From an uncultured Chlamydiales bacterium (GTDB lineage: Bacteria; Chlamydiota; Chlamydiia; Chlamydiales; Rhabdochlamydiaceae): a stretch of 64,000 nucleotides of DNA. This document shows, one piece after another, positions 25,781 to 34,961 of this stretch (its first letter is position 1; each line of letters opens with the position of its first letter). The notes beneath the pieces were generated by a model. It did no database searches. It was not told where the DNA came from and worked only from the letters and a program-made list of their open reading frames with translations. The stretch is from the NCBI GenBank assembly GCA_963700985.1, contig OY969554.1, forward strand, positions 320,001-384,000, in the 5' to 3' direction. Made by a program: the position numbers and the translations under genes.

Positions 25781-27976
25781 ATGCAGAATAAACGGCTTCG
25801 CAAAGATCAAACTAGCGCATTAACGATGATGGAGGCGGTGGATAACCTCTCTAGCATGGCCGAACTCGATATTCCCGCTTCTCCTATGGAAGAGGATAAA
25901 GATCTATCATCCGTTTACTTTGAAGAAAGTAAGTCTGCTAATTGGCTCGATGCTTCGCATATTGTTGAAAATCGCGAAGCTGTGAAAGAGACCTTTCGGG
26001 TGATTCACAATTACCTCGAACATCTTTATGAAAGAGAAAAGGGTGAGCTTAAAGACCCCGAACTGCAGCGCGGCGTTCAGGCCATTATGGTTCTGGCAGG
26101 TGAAGCTGCCCAAAAAATGGATAAATATACCTCACTCTTTAAAAACGCTATTCCAAGTGAAAAAATCGTGCAGCTCAAAGAGTATCAAGAGTTGCAAAAT
26201 TTCTATCTCACCAAAGTCGTCAAACGCTTTCATAAGGGCGCAGGTGCTAAAGCCGGAGCAAACGCTGGAGCTGAACCCTGGGAAAAAGAATGGGAACAAG
26301 GCCAATCTGAAGAAACAATCAGTGGCGAACGTCGTAGCCTCAAAGACTTAGAAACCGTGCGTCGAGATAAAGAGTATGAGCTCTTCTATATCCGCAAACA
26401 AAACGGAGAGCGCTTTTTCAATCCTAACCTTTTACGACATATTCGCTTGGTTGGAGAGTTTGATGAAGCATTGAGTGGTCCTGAAGGCGATGATCCTCTT
26501 TTAAAGATCAAAATGGTCGAAGACCATGACATTTACGTAAGCGCCAGAGAGATTCTGCGTCAAGTATCCTTTCAAATAGATGAGTTCTATAAGGAAGCAA
26601 TGCGTCATAAGGAGCGTGATTTCGTAGCCGCGCTCAATAGCGCGCTTATGGCACTTATGCTCTGTGCAAATGCACGTAATCGTATGCCGGCGGACAGCGG
26701 CAAAAACTGCACCAATTATTTCATCGATTTCCACACTTTTTTGCGCTCCGCTCTCACTTCCGAAGATTATCAGAATTATGTTTCAGAGCAGGGTGAGCTA
26801 GATCATTTCGCCAGCGTGTTGCTCAATTTAACGCATGCGCTTTGCGCAGCATTTTTTACACGCATTGGCAGCCATAAAGAAACGGTGGCGTTTATTAAGC
26901 ATCTGATTGAAAGAGGGGAGTCAAACGAGAAGAAAGCTTCAGGACCCGCAATTTGGAATGAATTCTTACAAGATGATGCCAAGATCCGTCAGATCTTGAA
27001 ACATTATCCCAATGGGCCTCTACTTAAAACCCTCGATCTTTTCCGTGAAAGTGCGGCACATGAGGGCTTCGATCCGCTTTCGCAAGAGAATTTTCCATCT
27101 CAACTCTATACGCTTACATTTAAAGATTTTCATTTGACGACTTTACGCATCCCTGCGCCTGTGCATCAAGAGATCATCGATAAAGTCGAAGTGGCGCCAG
27201 AGTTTCGAGGTTTTCTAAGAGCTTTGCAAACACAGATGCATGGACAACGCCACCTGCTTTTTAATCTACAAGATCGCACCTCTTGGCAAGAGCATGCGCG
27301 TTGCAGCGTGTTGGAAAAGATGCAAAATGAAGCGGAGTTTGCAAAACCACTTACCGTAATTACCATCTGCAAAAATACGGATTTTTACAATCAGACAGGG
27401 CCTTATCAAATGCAGGCAGATGCCGCAGCTTTTATCGCCAGCTTCATCGATCAGATCGCCAGTGGAGAAGCTAGTGGTTATTTTTTCCCTCCTTCTCTAA
27501 ATAAGCAAGAGATCAATGCCTTTACTAGCGAGGCGCTTGAACTGATTCACAAGCTGTTTTTCTCCTCTGAGACGACACTCTCAAGAAAACAGCGCATGGA
27601 TTTCATCGAGATCTTCTATCAGTTCCTATTTATGAAGCTCATCCAAATGGTCAAACCCGATTCAATGAGCTTTACTTGCAAAGATGCCATCGACATCGGT
27701 GAGTCTACCGCTGCCGGTTTTTTTGCCTTTTTAAAGATGCTAGAGGGCAAAGCTTGGGGCCGCGAAGATAAAGAGTTCTTCCTCTGGATGCTCTATTCGC
27801 CTGCACTTACTATCCGTGAAAGGCCCATCGATTCAAATAGATTGCTGCGTATTGTCAATGCCTCTTCGATCATCCAAACCGAACTCGAAAGCCATCGCAA
27901 AGCTATCTTGGAACAGGTGCATAAACTGCTAGGGCAGCTTGCGCTGCGCGAAATCGAGCTCAAACCAGCCGCTTGA
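25781..27976 (+). CDS. Large hypothetical protein with a degenerate CX5R-like motif (CKDAIDI)
   Basis: 731-aa ORF with GAGGAG RBS; helical; MSFTCKDAIDIG near the C-terminus. Confidence 0.7.
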   Translation: MQNKRLRKDQTSALTMMEAVDNLSSMAELDIPASPMEEDKDLSSVYFEESKSANWLDASHIVENREAVKETFRVIHNYLEHLYEREKGELKDPELQRGVQAIMVLAGEAAQKMDKYTSLFKNAIPSEKIVQLKEYQELQNFYLTKVVKRFHKGAGAKAGANAGAEPWEKEWEQGQSEETISGERRSLKDLETVRRDKEYELFYIRKQNGERFFNPNLLRHIRLVGEFDEALSGPEGDDPLLKIKMVEDHDIYVSAREILRQVSFQIDEFYKEAMRHKERDFVAALNSALMALMLCANARNRMPADSGKNCTNYFIDFHTFLRSALTSEDYQNYVSEQGELDHFASVLLNLTHALCAAFFTRIGSHKETVAFIKHLIERGESNEKKASGPAIWNEFLQDDAKIRQILKHYPNGPLLKTLDLFRESAAHEGFDPLSQENFPSQLYTLTFKDFHLTTLRIPAPVHQEIIDKVEVAPEFRGFLRALQTQMHGQRHLLFNLQDRTSWQEHARCSVLEKMQNEAEFAKPLTVITICKNTDFYNQTGPYQMQADAAAFIASFIDQIASGEASGYFFPPSLNKQEINAFTSEALELIHKLFFSSETTLSRKQRMDFIEIFYQFLFMKLIQMVKPDSMSFTCKDAIDIGESTAAGFFAFLKMLEGKAWGREDKEFFLWMLYSPALTIRERPIDSNRLLRIVNASSIIQTELESHRKAILEQVHKLLGQLALREIELKPAA

Positions 27977-28020
27977 AAAAAGATGAAGTAGGAAGTAAGA
28001 AGGATGAAAAAGGGATTTGT

Positions 28021-28212
28021 CTACTGGCGCTTCTTTTTTTTTGCGGCAGGCTTGATCGGGACTAACTTGTATCGATAAGGTGGCTTGATCTCCACGACCT
28101 TGCCATTTCGAGTAAAAACAAGAGCAGTACCAGTGCGAACCGCAGTTTCAAAAGCTCTTTGAAAACTGCGCTCATGGGCCTTTAATATTTTTTCATTAAA
28201 ATCATCGCTCAT
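28021..28212 (-). CDS. Small basic hypothetical protein, partner of the zeta-like ATPase
   Basis: MSDDFNEKILKAHERSFQRAFETAVRTGTALVFTRNGKVVEIKP; overlaps the ATPase stop. Confidence 0.6.
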   Translation of the reverse strand: MSDDFNEKILKAHERSFQRAFETAVRTGTALVFTRNGKVVEIKPPYRYKLVPIKPAAKKKKRQ

Positions 28213-28789
28213 AAGCAGTTTTCTCCAATTTTTTCCAAATGGTTCTATCAAAGATATCTATAGAACCATTGATATTTTTCCTAGTGATTAGCCTCTTTGA
28301 GGACTCTTCAGAGGAATTGTCTAAAACATTTGCTGTATCTGCAATGGGTAGATAGCATGTTAGAAGGTTTTTGAGGCCAGCATAATAACGTCTTATTATC
28401 GTTTCTTCTGGGACAAAATGTCCTCCTTGCTTCACCCTCTGAGCAACTCTTTTTACTGCTTGATCGGGACTTGCAAGCCATAAAAAAGTAAGATTGATTT
28501 CATACCCTTTCGATTTTGCTGCCTTGAGGTGCTTCACGTAATTTGTTCCTGAAGCGGTTGATTCGAATGCAAAGCTTTTATTGATATCGAGAAGTTCTTT
28601 GAGCCTTCTTATCATTAATTTACTGGCAGTCAAAGCCACGCTTTCGGGATTTAAAGGTGCAAGTCCTCTGGCAATCTCATCGGCATTTATAAATTCATAA
28701 AGTATTGAACGATCAGCAATGAACTCAAGGGTCATTGTTGTTTTGCCAGCACCGTTAGGTCCAGCTATCATAAGAATTTTTTTTGACAT
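28202..28789 (-). CDS. Zeta-toxin-like / COG4185 P-loop ATPase
   Basis: IAGPNGAGKTT, FINADEIA, RVAQRVKQGGH. Confidence 0.8.
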   Translation of the reverse strand: MSKKILMIAGPNGAGKTTMTLEFIADRSILYEFINADEIARGLAPLNPESVALTASKLMIRRLKELLDINKSFAFESTASGTNYVKHLKAAKSKGYEINLTFLWLASPDQAVKRVAQRVKQGGHFVPEETIIRRYYAGLKNLLTCYLPIADTANVLDNSSEESSKRLITRKNINGSIDIFDRTIWKKLEKTAYER

Positions 28790-28935
28790 AAGAGTTAAGC
28801 TCTTAGAAAAGATAACAACAATAAGATTAAAAGTTTAGAGGGATTCGGGCTTTTGACAAGGATCTTTGTTTGCGAGATGATTTTTGAAAAAGGAGATTCT
28901 TTCCCTCTTCATTCTTCCTTCCGCCTTACTATTTC

Positions 28936-29505
28936 CTAATTTAGAGAAAGATCTTCGGGGATCATGGAGAGGGTGGCGTATTTTCCGCCCATTTCGCGCA
29001 AGATCGCCTGCCACATTTTCTCAGGTGGGGTTTCAAAGATGTGCTTGGCCGAGGCAGGATGTAGAAACCAGCCTCCATTCATGAACTCACGTTCAAGTTG
29101 TCCTGCACCCCAGCCTGTGTAACCGAAACAGAGGCGTATATGGGGGCCTTCGGGGTTGCTAATCGCTTCTTGTAGAAATTGCAGATCACCACCCAGATAA
29201 ACGCCTTCGCAGATTTTCAATGTCTGCTCGGTGAGCTGATCAGATGAATGCAGAAGCATCATCTGGTTAGGTTGAATGGGGCCGCCTGAGCGGATCTGGA
29301 CATGGGGATTTGCGACTTGTTTAAGATTGATGATGTCTTCGGGGAGCTCAACTTCAAGCGGCCTATTGATCATAAGGGCGAATGAGCCGCTAGGGCTATG
29401 TTCGCAGATCACGAGCACAGCGCGGAAATAGAGCCCTTGATCGATGTCTGGATTCGCGATCAGCAGGGTGCCCTTAGCTAAATGTGCATAAGGCGGCGTA
29501 TCCAT
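28936..29505 (-). CDS. YqgE/AlgH family protein (UPF0301)
   Basis: [29 protein letters not shown]. Confidence 0.9.
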   Translation of the reverse strand: MDTPPYAHLAKGTLLIANPDIDQGLYFRAVLVICEHSPSGSFALMINRPLEVELPEDIINLKQVANPHVQIRSGGPIQPNQMMLLHSSDQLTEQTLKICEGVYLGGDLQFLQEAISNPEGPHIRLCFGYTGWGAGQLEREFMNGGWFLHPASAKHIFETPPEKMWQAILREMGGKYATLSMIPEDLSLN

Positions 29506-30705
29506 CTACTTTTGCATCTCCATCAACTGTTGATTATAGAGCTTTAGATTGTCGGCCAGTTCATTTGCCTTGCGAAGCAGCTCGGCGAAGTCATCTTTGA
29601 ACAGGTCGTTTTGCAGGATTACTTCTCGTTCTGGCGTCAGCTCCGCTTTTTCAAGCAGCATTGAGATCCTCTGCATAGAGCTATTTACCTGGTCGACCTC
29701 TTGCTCAAAATAGCTTTTAAAGCTCTCGGGTGTGTTTAAAGAAGTGAGTAGATTTACCCTCTGAAGATGTGTGCGCTGCCAGCTCTTATTGAGGTGGAAG
29801 AGAATGCCATATTGATTGACGTCATTCATAAGCGTATCGACTTTACTCATCACAGCTGTAAAGCGCAGATAGAGATCGTCAGATTTGAGCAATCTACCAA
29901 TCGTGCCTTTGCCATCTACCAGATCTTGCGCAATCACATCAATCGAGCCTGTGGCTTGTTTGAGGTTTTTAGCCGTAGCCGCCAAGTTTGTGAAGGTACC
30001 TTTTTCATCCATATCACAAATGACTTCGTGGATCTTGGTAATAGTATCTCTAAGCTGACATGCAGTCTCAGAAATTGTCTGGATGAGATTTTGCTGATTA
30101 ACACTGGTGATCATCTGATCGACCTGGGTCATCGCGCTGCCGAAGCTTTTCACAGCACAGCCGACATCATCGCCATATTGTTTAAGCCACTTAGTGACTT
30201 CATCAAACGTTATGCTCATTTTACTTGAGACACGCGAGAGCTCATTCATGGCTTGATCGATTGGATCAAGGGAGTTTGCATAGATGGGCTGGTTAGTGAT
30301 TAACTTTGGTGTGATTCCTTTTGGGGGACGTTTTGGAATGATCGCCACGGACTTTTCACCCAAAAGACCAGAAGTCTGAAGAGAGATGTCGTCGGTGTTA
30401 TAAACCACTACGCTAGAGTCGACTTTCAAAGTCAGTTGATAGAAATAGAAACGTCCTTCCGTGTCGACCGGCTGTGATCTTGCATGGTAAATTTCAGAGA
30501 TGGCCACGACTTCGCCCACGGGCTTTCCGGCATAGGTAACCCGCGTGCCGAGATCGATTTTATTGATATTCGCAAAACGCACATAGAGAGTCTTTTTTCC
30601 ATCACCCACAGAAGGTTTGAGAAACATGACAATTCCTATCAGCAAGGAGCATGCAGCGATAACAAAAATGCCTATTAGCATGTTTTTGACTGAGTTATTG
30701 CCCAT
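29506..30705 (-). CDS. mlaD: MlaD/MCE family protein
   Basis: N-terminal TM, RVTYAGKPVGEV, SGLLGEK, long helical C-terminus; in operon with mlaEF. Confidence 0.85.
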   Translation of the reverse strand: MGNNSVKNMLIGIFVIAACSLLIGIVMFLKPSVGDGKKTLYVRFANINKIDLGTRVTYAGKPVGEVVAISEIYHARSQPVDTEGRFYFYQLTLKVDSSVVVYNTDDISLQTSGLLGEKSVAIIPKRPPKGITPKLITNQPIYANSLDPIDQAMNELSRVSSKMSITFDEVTKWLKQYGDDVGCAVKSFGSAMTQVDQMITSVNQQNLIQTISETACQLRDTITKIHEVICDMDEKGTFTNLAATAKNLKQATGSIDVIAQDLVDGKGTIGRLLKSDDLYLRFTAVMSKVDTLMNDVNQYGILFHLNKSWQRTHLQRVNLLTSLNTPESFKSYFEQEVDQVNSSMQRISMLLEKAELTPEREVILQNDLFKDDFAELLRKANELADNLKLYNQQLMEMQK

Positions 30706-31477
30706 CTAATTCCTCCCTGAATTTTCTCGGGTCTTGAGAAATTGTCTTTCTTAAGAACTCTATAATTGGATCGTCGATTTTCATAAAGGCATCTGGATTA
30801 TCTATAAAAGCAATCTTACCATTTTCGATCAGCGCAAGTCTATCTCCGACAAAGAGCGAAGAAAGAATGTCATGAGTGACGACGATGCTGGTGGCCTTTA
30901 ATTCTTGTTGAGTTTTCACAATAAGGCTATTGATTTGCATAGCGGTAATTGGATCTAAGCCCGTGGTTGGCTCATCATAGAGAATAACTGTGGGGCGATA
31001 GACGATCAGTCTGGCAAGAGCAGCCCGTTTGCGCATTCCACCAGAAAGCTCGGAGGGCATTTTTAGTTGGGTGTCTTGCAATCCCACCATCTCAAGCGCG
31101 TGATCGACGCGCTCTTTGATCTCTGCTTTACTGTATCTTTGTCCGGTTTTAGTATCGCCATGCTGGGTCAGATAAAAACCGATATTTTCTTCGATGTTCA
31201 TGGAGTCAAAGAGCGCAGAGCCCTGAAAGAGCATGCCCATATTCTGCACGGCTTTGTAAAGTTCAGGACCATAGAGATCAGTGATTCGTATGCCATCGAC
31301 ATCGATTTGGCCAGCATCGGGTTTAGAGATGCCAATGATATGCTTAAGCAGCACGCTCTTTCCCACGCCCGAGCGGCCAAGCACGACTAGTGTTTCACTG
31401 GTCTTAACATCTAAGTCTAGCCCTGCCAGAACTTGCAGCTTTCCATATTTTTTCCAAAGGTTGCGAATCTGAATCAT
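30695..31477 (-). CDS. mlaF: MlaF ABC ATPase
   Basis: GRSGVGKS, LSGGMRKR, LYDEPTTGLDP. Confidence 0.9.
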   Translation of the reverse strand: MIQIRNLWKKYGKLQVLAGLDLDVKTSETLVVLGRSGVGKSVLLKHIIGISKPDAGQIDVDGIRITDLYGPELYKAVQNMGMLFQGSALFDSMNIEENIGFYLTQHGDTKTGQRYSKAEIKERVDHALEMVGLQDTQLKMPSELSGGMRKRAALARLIVYRPTVILYDEPTTGLDPITAMQINSLIVKTQQELKATSIVVTHDILSSLFVGDRLALIENGKIAFIDNPDAFMKIDDPIIEFLRKTISQDPRKFREELDGQ

Positions 31478-32295
31478 CCCACAACCCTCGAAATTTGCTC
31501 ATGGATCACGTTTAGCGCTACAGTTAAGAAGAAGTTCAGCAACAGAATGCAGCAGTAGGTAATAACCACCGAGTTTGTGGTTGAACGTCCTACACCTTCA
31601 GCGCCACCAGTAGTGGTCATCCCTTTATAGCAGGCGATAGTCATAATTAGAATGCCATAGAGAAACGATTTTATAATTCCGGTGGTCAAATCGAACATGG
31701 TGACATGCGTACGCATAGGATCGAAGTAGCTCACAGGCGCCATATTGAAAAAGTAGACCGTAATGAGATAGCCACCGAAGATGCCCATGGCAATACTAAA
31801 GAGCGTTAAAAGCGGCATCATGAAAATACCACTCATTAACCTAGGTGCAATGAGGTAGCGGTTAGGGTTTATGGCCATCGTTTGCAAGGCGTCGACCTGT
31901 TCGGTTACGCGCATCGTGCCCAGTTCGGCGCACATCGCAGCTCCGACGCGACCAGTTACCATGAATGCAGTAAGGACCGGACCGAGCTCTGTGATCATGG
32001 CTTTGGCTACCATGATGCCAGTAACTCCAGAGAGTCCCTTATCGGCTAATTGATAGAAGGATTGTGCAGCAAGCACCATACCGGTGGAAAAACCCGTAAT
32101 AGCGACCACAGGAAGGGAGGCTACGCCCACATCGTAGAGCTGTTTGAGAACGAGTTTAAAAGCGGGAGGACGCTTGATCGTAGCAATAGCTACATCTACG
32201 ATTAACGTGATGTATTCGCCGGTTGCCGTAAAAAAAGAGAGTCGTTTTGCGACTCTCTGAAAAAGATGATTATTGTTGTTGTTGCTTTCTTCCAT
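31474..32295 (-). CDS. mlaE: MlaE ABC permease
   Basis: ELGPVLTA, AELGTMRVTEQVDAL, GAEGVGRSTT. Confidence 0.92.
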   Translation of the reverse strand: MEESNNNNNHLFQRVAKRLSFFTATGEYITLIVDVAIATIKRPPAFKLVLKQLYDVGVASLPVVAITGFSTGMVLAAQSFYQLADKGLSGVTGIMVAKAMITELGPVLTAFMVTGRVGAAMCAELGTMRVTEQVDALQTMAINPNRYLIAPRLMSGIFMMPLLTLFSIAMGIFGGYLITVYFFNMAPVSYFDPMRTHVTMFDLTTGIIKSFLYGILIMTIACYKGMTTTGGAEGVGRSTTNSVVITYCCILLLNFFLTVALNVIHEQISRVVG

Positions 32296-32377
32296 GAACT
32301 TGCGGGAGCTTAAGTTTCATACTCCCAAAGCTCGATCTTAGAGAATCTCAGGTTAATGACGCAAGCTGAACCGATAG

Positions 32378-32836
32378 TTATTTTACAGATGAACTGTATT
32401 GGCGGTTATCTTCTTGTGCCAAGTTTTCAAGAGCTCTTGCAAATTGCGCGGCGGCATCCGTAACCTGTCTATCAGCTTTTTCTGCTGCAGGTTTCTGGTG
32501 GTCGCGAATTTTGGACATGCCGGCATCGATGTGCGTCTCTTCGCTCTTTTTGAACGTATTCGCTACTTCGCCCATTCTGGGGAGGACTTTGCCCGCAACT
32601 TTAGCAACAGCACCGAGAGTATCCCCGAGAGCTGGAGCCAAAGCTTGGCTGAAACCCGTCAACCCAAAAAGAAGAGAATTCCACGCTTGTGCGTTGATAT
32701 TGCCTGCTTTTTCCTGGAAAAGACGATCGAGCTCGTCCATGCGCGCTTCTGATAAGAGATCGTTATTTAGATTTATCTGAGAAGCGAGAGCTGCGATCTT
32801 GTAGTAAGTTGCTCTAATTGCATTTATTTCTGACAT
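32378..32836 (-). CDS. Putative minor T3SS translocator (CopD/YopD-position gene), short
   Basis: ATG after AAGGAG; one hydrophobic/amphipathic segment; last gene of the SycD-CopB-like operon. Confidence 0.45.
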   Translation of the reverse strand: MSEINAIRATYYKIAALASQINLNNDLLSEARMDELDRLFQEKAGNINAQAWNSLLFGLTGFSQALAPALGDTLGAVAKVAGKVLPRMGEVANTFKKSEETHIDAGMSKIRDHQKPAAEKADRQVTDAAAQFARALENLAQEDNRQYSSSVK

Positions 32837-32850
32837 AAATTCTCCTTGAG

Positions 32851-33813
32851 TTAAACTTGTAATGCTTTTTGGCTGGCATCGATGGACATCTTGACGATCT
32901 GTGCAGTTTTTGAGGTGCACTGAGTCAGAGTCTTCATCATCTGCTCCATATCTTTCATAAGTTTTTCGCTAACGTGTCCACATAACTCGATGTCCTTTTC
33001 AATAAGAACATGCTCAGAATGGGACTGGCCTAATTGATAATCTGAAACACCTTTGGCAACTGAGCTGACGCCTTGCGCAAAGTCTAAAGTGGTTTTTCCA
33101 ATCAGCAGTGCATACTTAGCCCAATCGAGGTTTTGCATATTCCAAATCTCGCACGTGCCAATAAAACCTAGGGCCGCGGCAGTAAGCCCAATGACCCCAG
33201 GAATAATTGCGCTTAATTTGGAGGCTAGTTCTTCATTCTCCTTGGCCATGTAGTTTGAGAGCCAAGTCCAAAAGCCAGTCTGCGTAAACGCCAGGTTAGC
33301 CACAGCGATGAGGGCCGATGCGAGCATCGTGCCACCGACGAGTATGTGAGCTTCCGAGATCAAAAATACACCGAGCACAGCATGAATGGCAGCAAGAATA
33401 TAGGCTCCGATGGTTTGAAGAAAGCCCCAAACACTGCTCTGTTGAGCTTTTTTAGCGGCCTCTTGCATCTTCTCAAGCTCTTGCTTCTGCAGCTCAGCAA
33501 CATTTTTCTGTACGTTTTCGAAGTGATTGCTTTGATTCAAGTTAATGCTTTTGCCAGCGGCATGAATCTTTTCTAGCGTTGCGATAATGGCTACAATCGT
33601 TTCATTATAGGAAAGCTGGCCAGGATTTTGCTGAGCATTTCTAGTTGGCGGCGCAAGCATAGGCATAGAAGGCTTATAGCTCTCGTGGATCAGCGAACTG
33701 CCATCTGATAGACTTTCAGATGCAGGGGAGAGCGAACTTTTTTGAGCTTCTGAGCCGATCAGCGCTTCTAAACTCATTGGATGAGAAGTGACAGGAGATA
33801 GTCTAACGCTCAT
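32851..33813 (-). CDS. Putative major T3SS translocator (CopB/SseC/YopB-like)
   Basis: Ser-rich N-terminus, PxLxxP-like MPMLAPP, coiled coil 'EKMQEAAKKAQQSSVWG' then a double hydrophobic hairpin; directly downstream of SycD. Confidence 0.65.
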   Translation of the reverse strand: MSVRLSPVTSHPMSLEALIGSEAQKSSLSPASESLSDGSSLIHESYKPSMPMLAPPTRNAQQNPGQLSYNETIVAIIATLEKIHAAGKSINLNQSNHFENVQKNVAELQKQELEKMQEAAKKAQQSSVWGFLQTIGAYILAAIHAVLGVFLISEAHILVGGTMLASALIAVANLAFTQTGFWTWLSNYMAKENEELASKLSAIIPGVIGLTAAALGFIGTCEIWNMQNLDWAKYALLIGKTTLDFAQGVSSVAKGVSDYQLGQSHSEHVLIEKDIELCGHVSEKLMKDMEQMMKTLTQCTSKTAQIVKMSIDASQKALQV

Positions 33814-34216
33814 GGTTATGTATCCTTTTAAGTAACTCGATTTTGTCTCTTAGCTCGGCCTCACCTTCCTTCAAAAGACCTTCGGCCATTGTTAAAGCCT
33901 TCAACGCCTCTTCACGATCATGCAGACTCGTAAGACATTCGGCTGCGTGAAAGTGGGGGAGTGGGTCATTATCTACGATAAGCGCCACCATTGCCCACGC
34001 GCGCAGCGCCTCTTCATAACGCGCCTGCATCTGCTGTGCAGAGGCAAGCCCGCGCCAATAGCGTTCTTCGAAGGGGCTTGCGAGCACAAGCGAAGAAAAA
34101 AGTGTTGAGGCCTGGGCAAAATTTCCAGATGTGTAACTACTAAAACCCGAGGCATAGAGGTTTTCTTGTTCTTCTTTAGTCCAAGAGGTCTTTTGCTCGA
34201 GATTCAGCGTGCTCAT
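33803..34216 (-). CDS. SycD/LcrH family class II T3SS chaperone (TPR)
   Basis: LYASGF...YWRGLASAQQMQARYEEAL...DPLPHFHAAECL. Confidence 0.88.
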   Translation of the reverse strand: MSTLNLEQKTSWTKEEQENLYASGFSSYTSGNFAQASTLFSSLVLASPFEERYWRGLASAQQMQARYEEALRAWAMVALIVDNDPLPHFHAAECLTSLHDREEALKALTMAEGLLKEGEAELRDKIELLKRIHNHER

Positions 34217-34725
34217 CCGCCTCCGGTCTTCCTGATGATATAGGTTGTGCCCTGATTGAGCAGCTCGATCATCTTGGTTAGAATCTCATGCACTTTATTC
34301 TTGTCGCTCATCAGCCCCTCTAGTTTCGCCATATCCGGAGAGATGGTCGAAAAGAGCATTTTCTCTTTGCGCGTAATCATCTCAATTCGATGATCCCACT
34401 GCTCTTTTGTAAAGCTGGCCTGAGTTTCAATAAAATCTTGGAAGCCTAAGTCAGGGAACTGCTCATTTAGTGCATCCACAGTATGCTGCATTTTAACTTC
34501 GTTCACTTGTTTTTTTTCTTTTAGATCGATCACGAATGTCATCATGTCGTTGAGCAGATTGAGTTGCTCACTTGTTTTTTCCTGCTGGGCGTTATTTTCA
34601 TAAATAAGCCTGAGCATGTGAGTTTCGTACTGATCGCCCACTTCAATAACCTGATATCCAGGGTGAATATCTCGATAAGGATTGAGAGTATGGGAAGCGT
34701 GTGTTCCTAAGACTGTGTCTAACAT
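34213..34725 (-). CDS. Hypothetical helical protein, first gene of the translocator-like operon
   Basis: 170-aa ORF with GGAG RBS; ATGA overlap with SycD. Confidence 0.65.
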   Translation of the reverse strand: MLDTVLGTHASHTLNPYRDIHPGYQVIEVGDQYETHMLRLIYENNAQQEKTSEQLNLLNDMMTFVIDLKEKKQVNEVKMQHTVDALNEQFPDLGFQDFIETQASFTKEQWDHRIEMITRKEKMLFSTISPDMAKLEGLMSDKNKVHEILTKMIELLNQGTTYIIRKTGGG

Positions 34726-34820
34726 GATATTACTCCAGGGTTGCAGCTGAAAGAATACCAGGTTGTCAAGTTTCTCTATATTAAAATAAAAAATAACACA
34801 ATATGTGCGCTTTTTCGATG

Positions 34821-34910
34821 CAACAAGATATGCAGGATCAGGGAAGATATAAAGGATAGTTAAAATATCCTTTTTATCCTATCGCTTGCGATCCTGCACG
34901 TCCTGTTCTT
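34821..34910. repeat. CAGGAT/ATCCTG palindromic dispersed repeat, copy 4
   Basis: gcaggatcagggaagatat...atcctatcgcttgcgatcctgcacgtcctgttc. Confidence 0.6.
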
Positions 34911-34961
34911 TTTTATAGAAAATTTGCTATCTCTAACTCTGGGTGAACACTTGCAGCGGAG

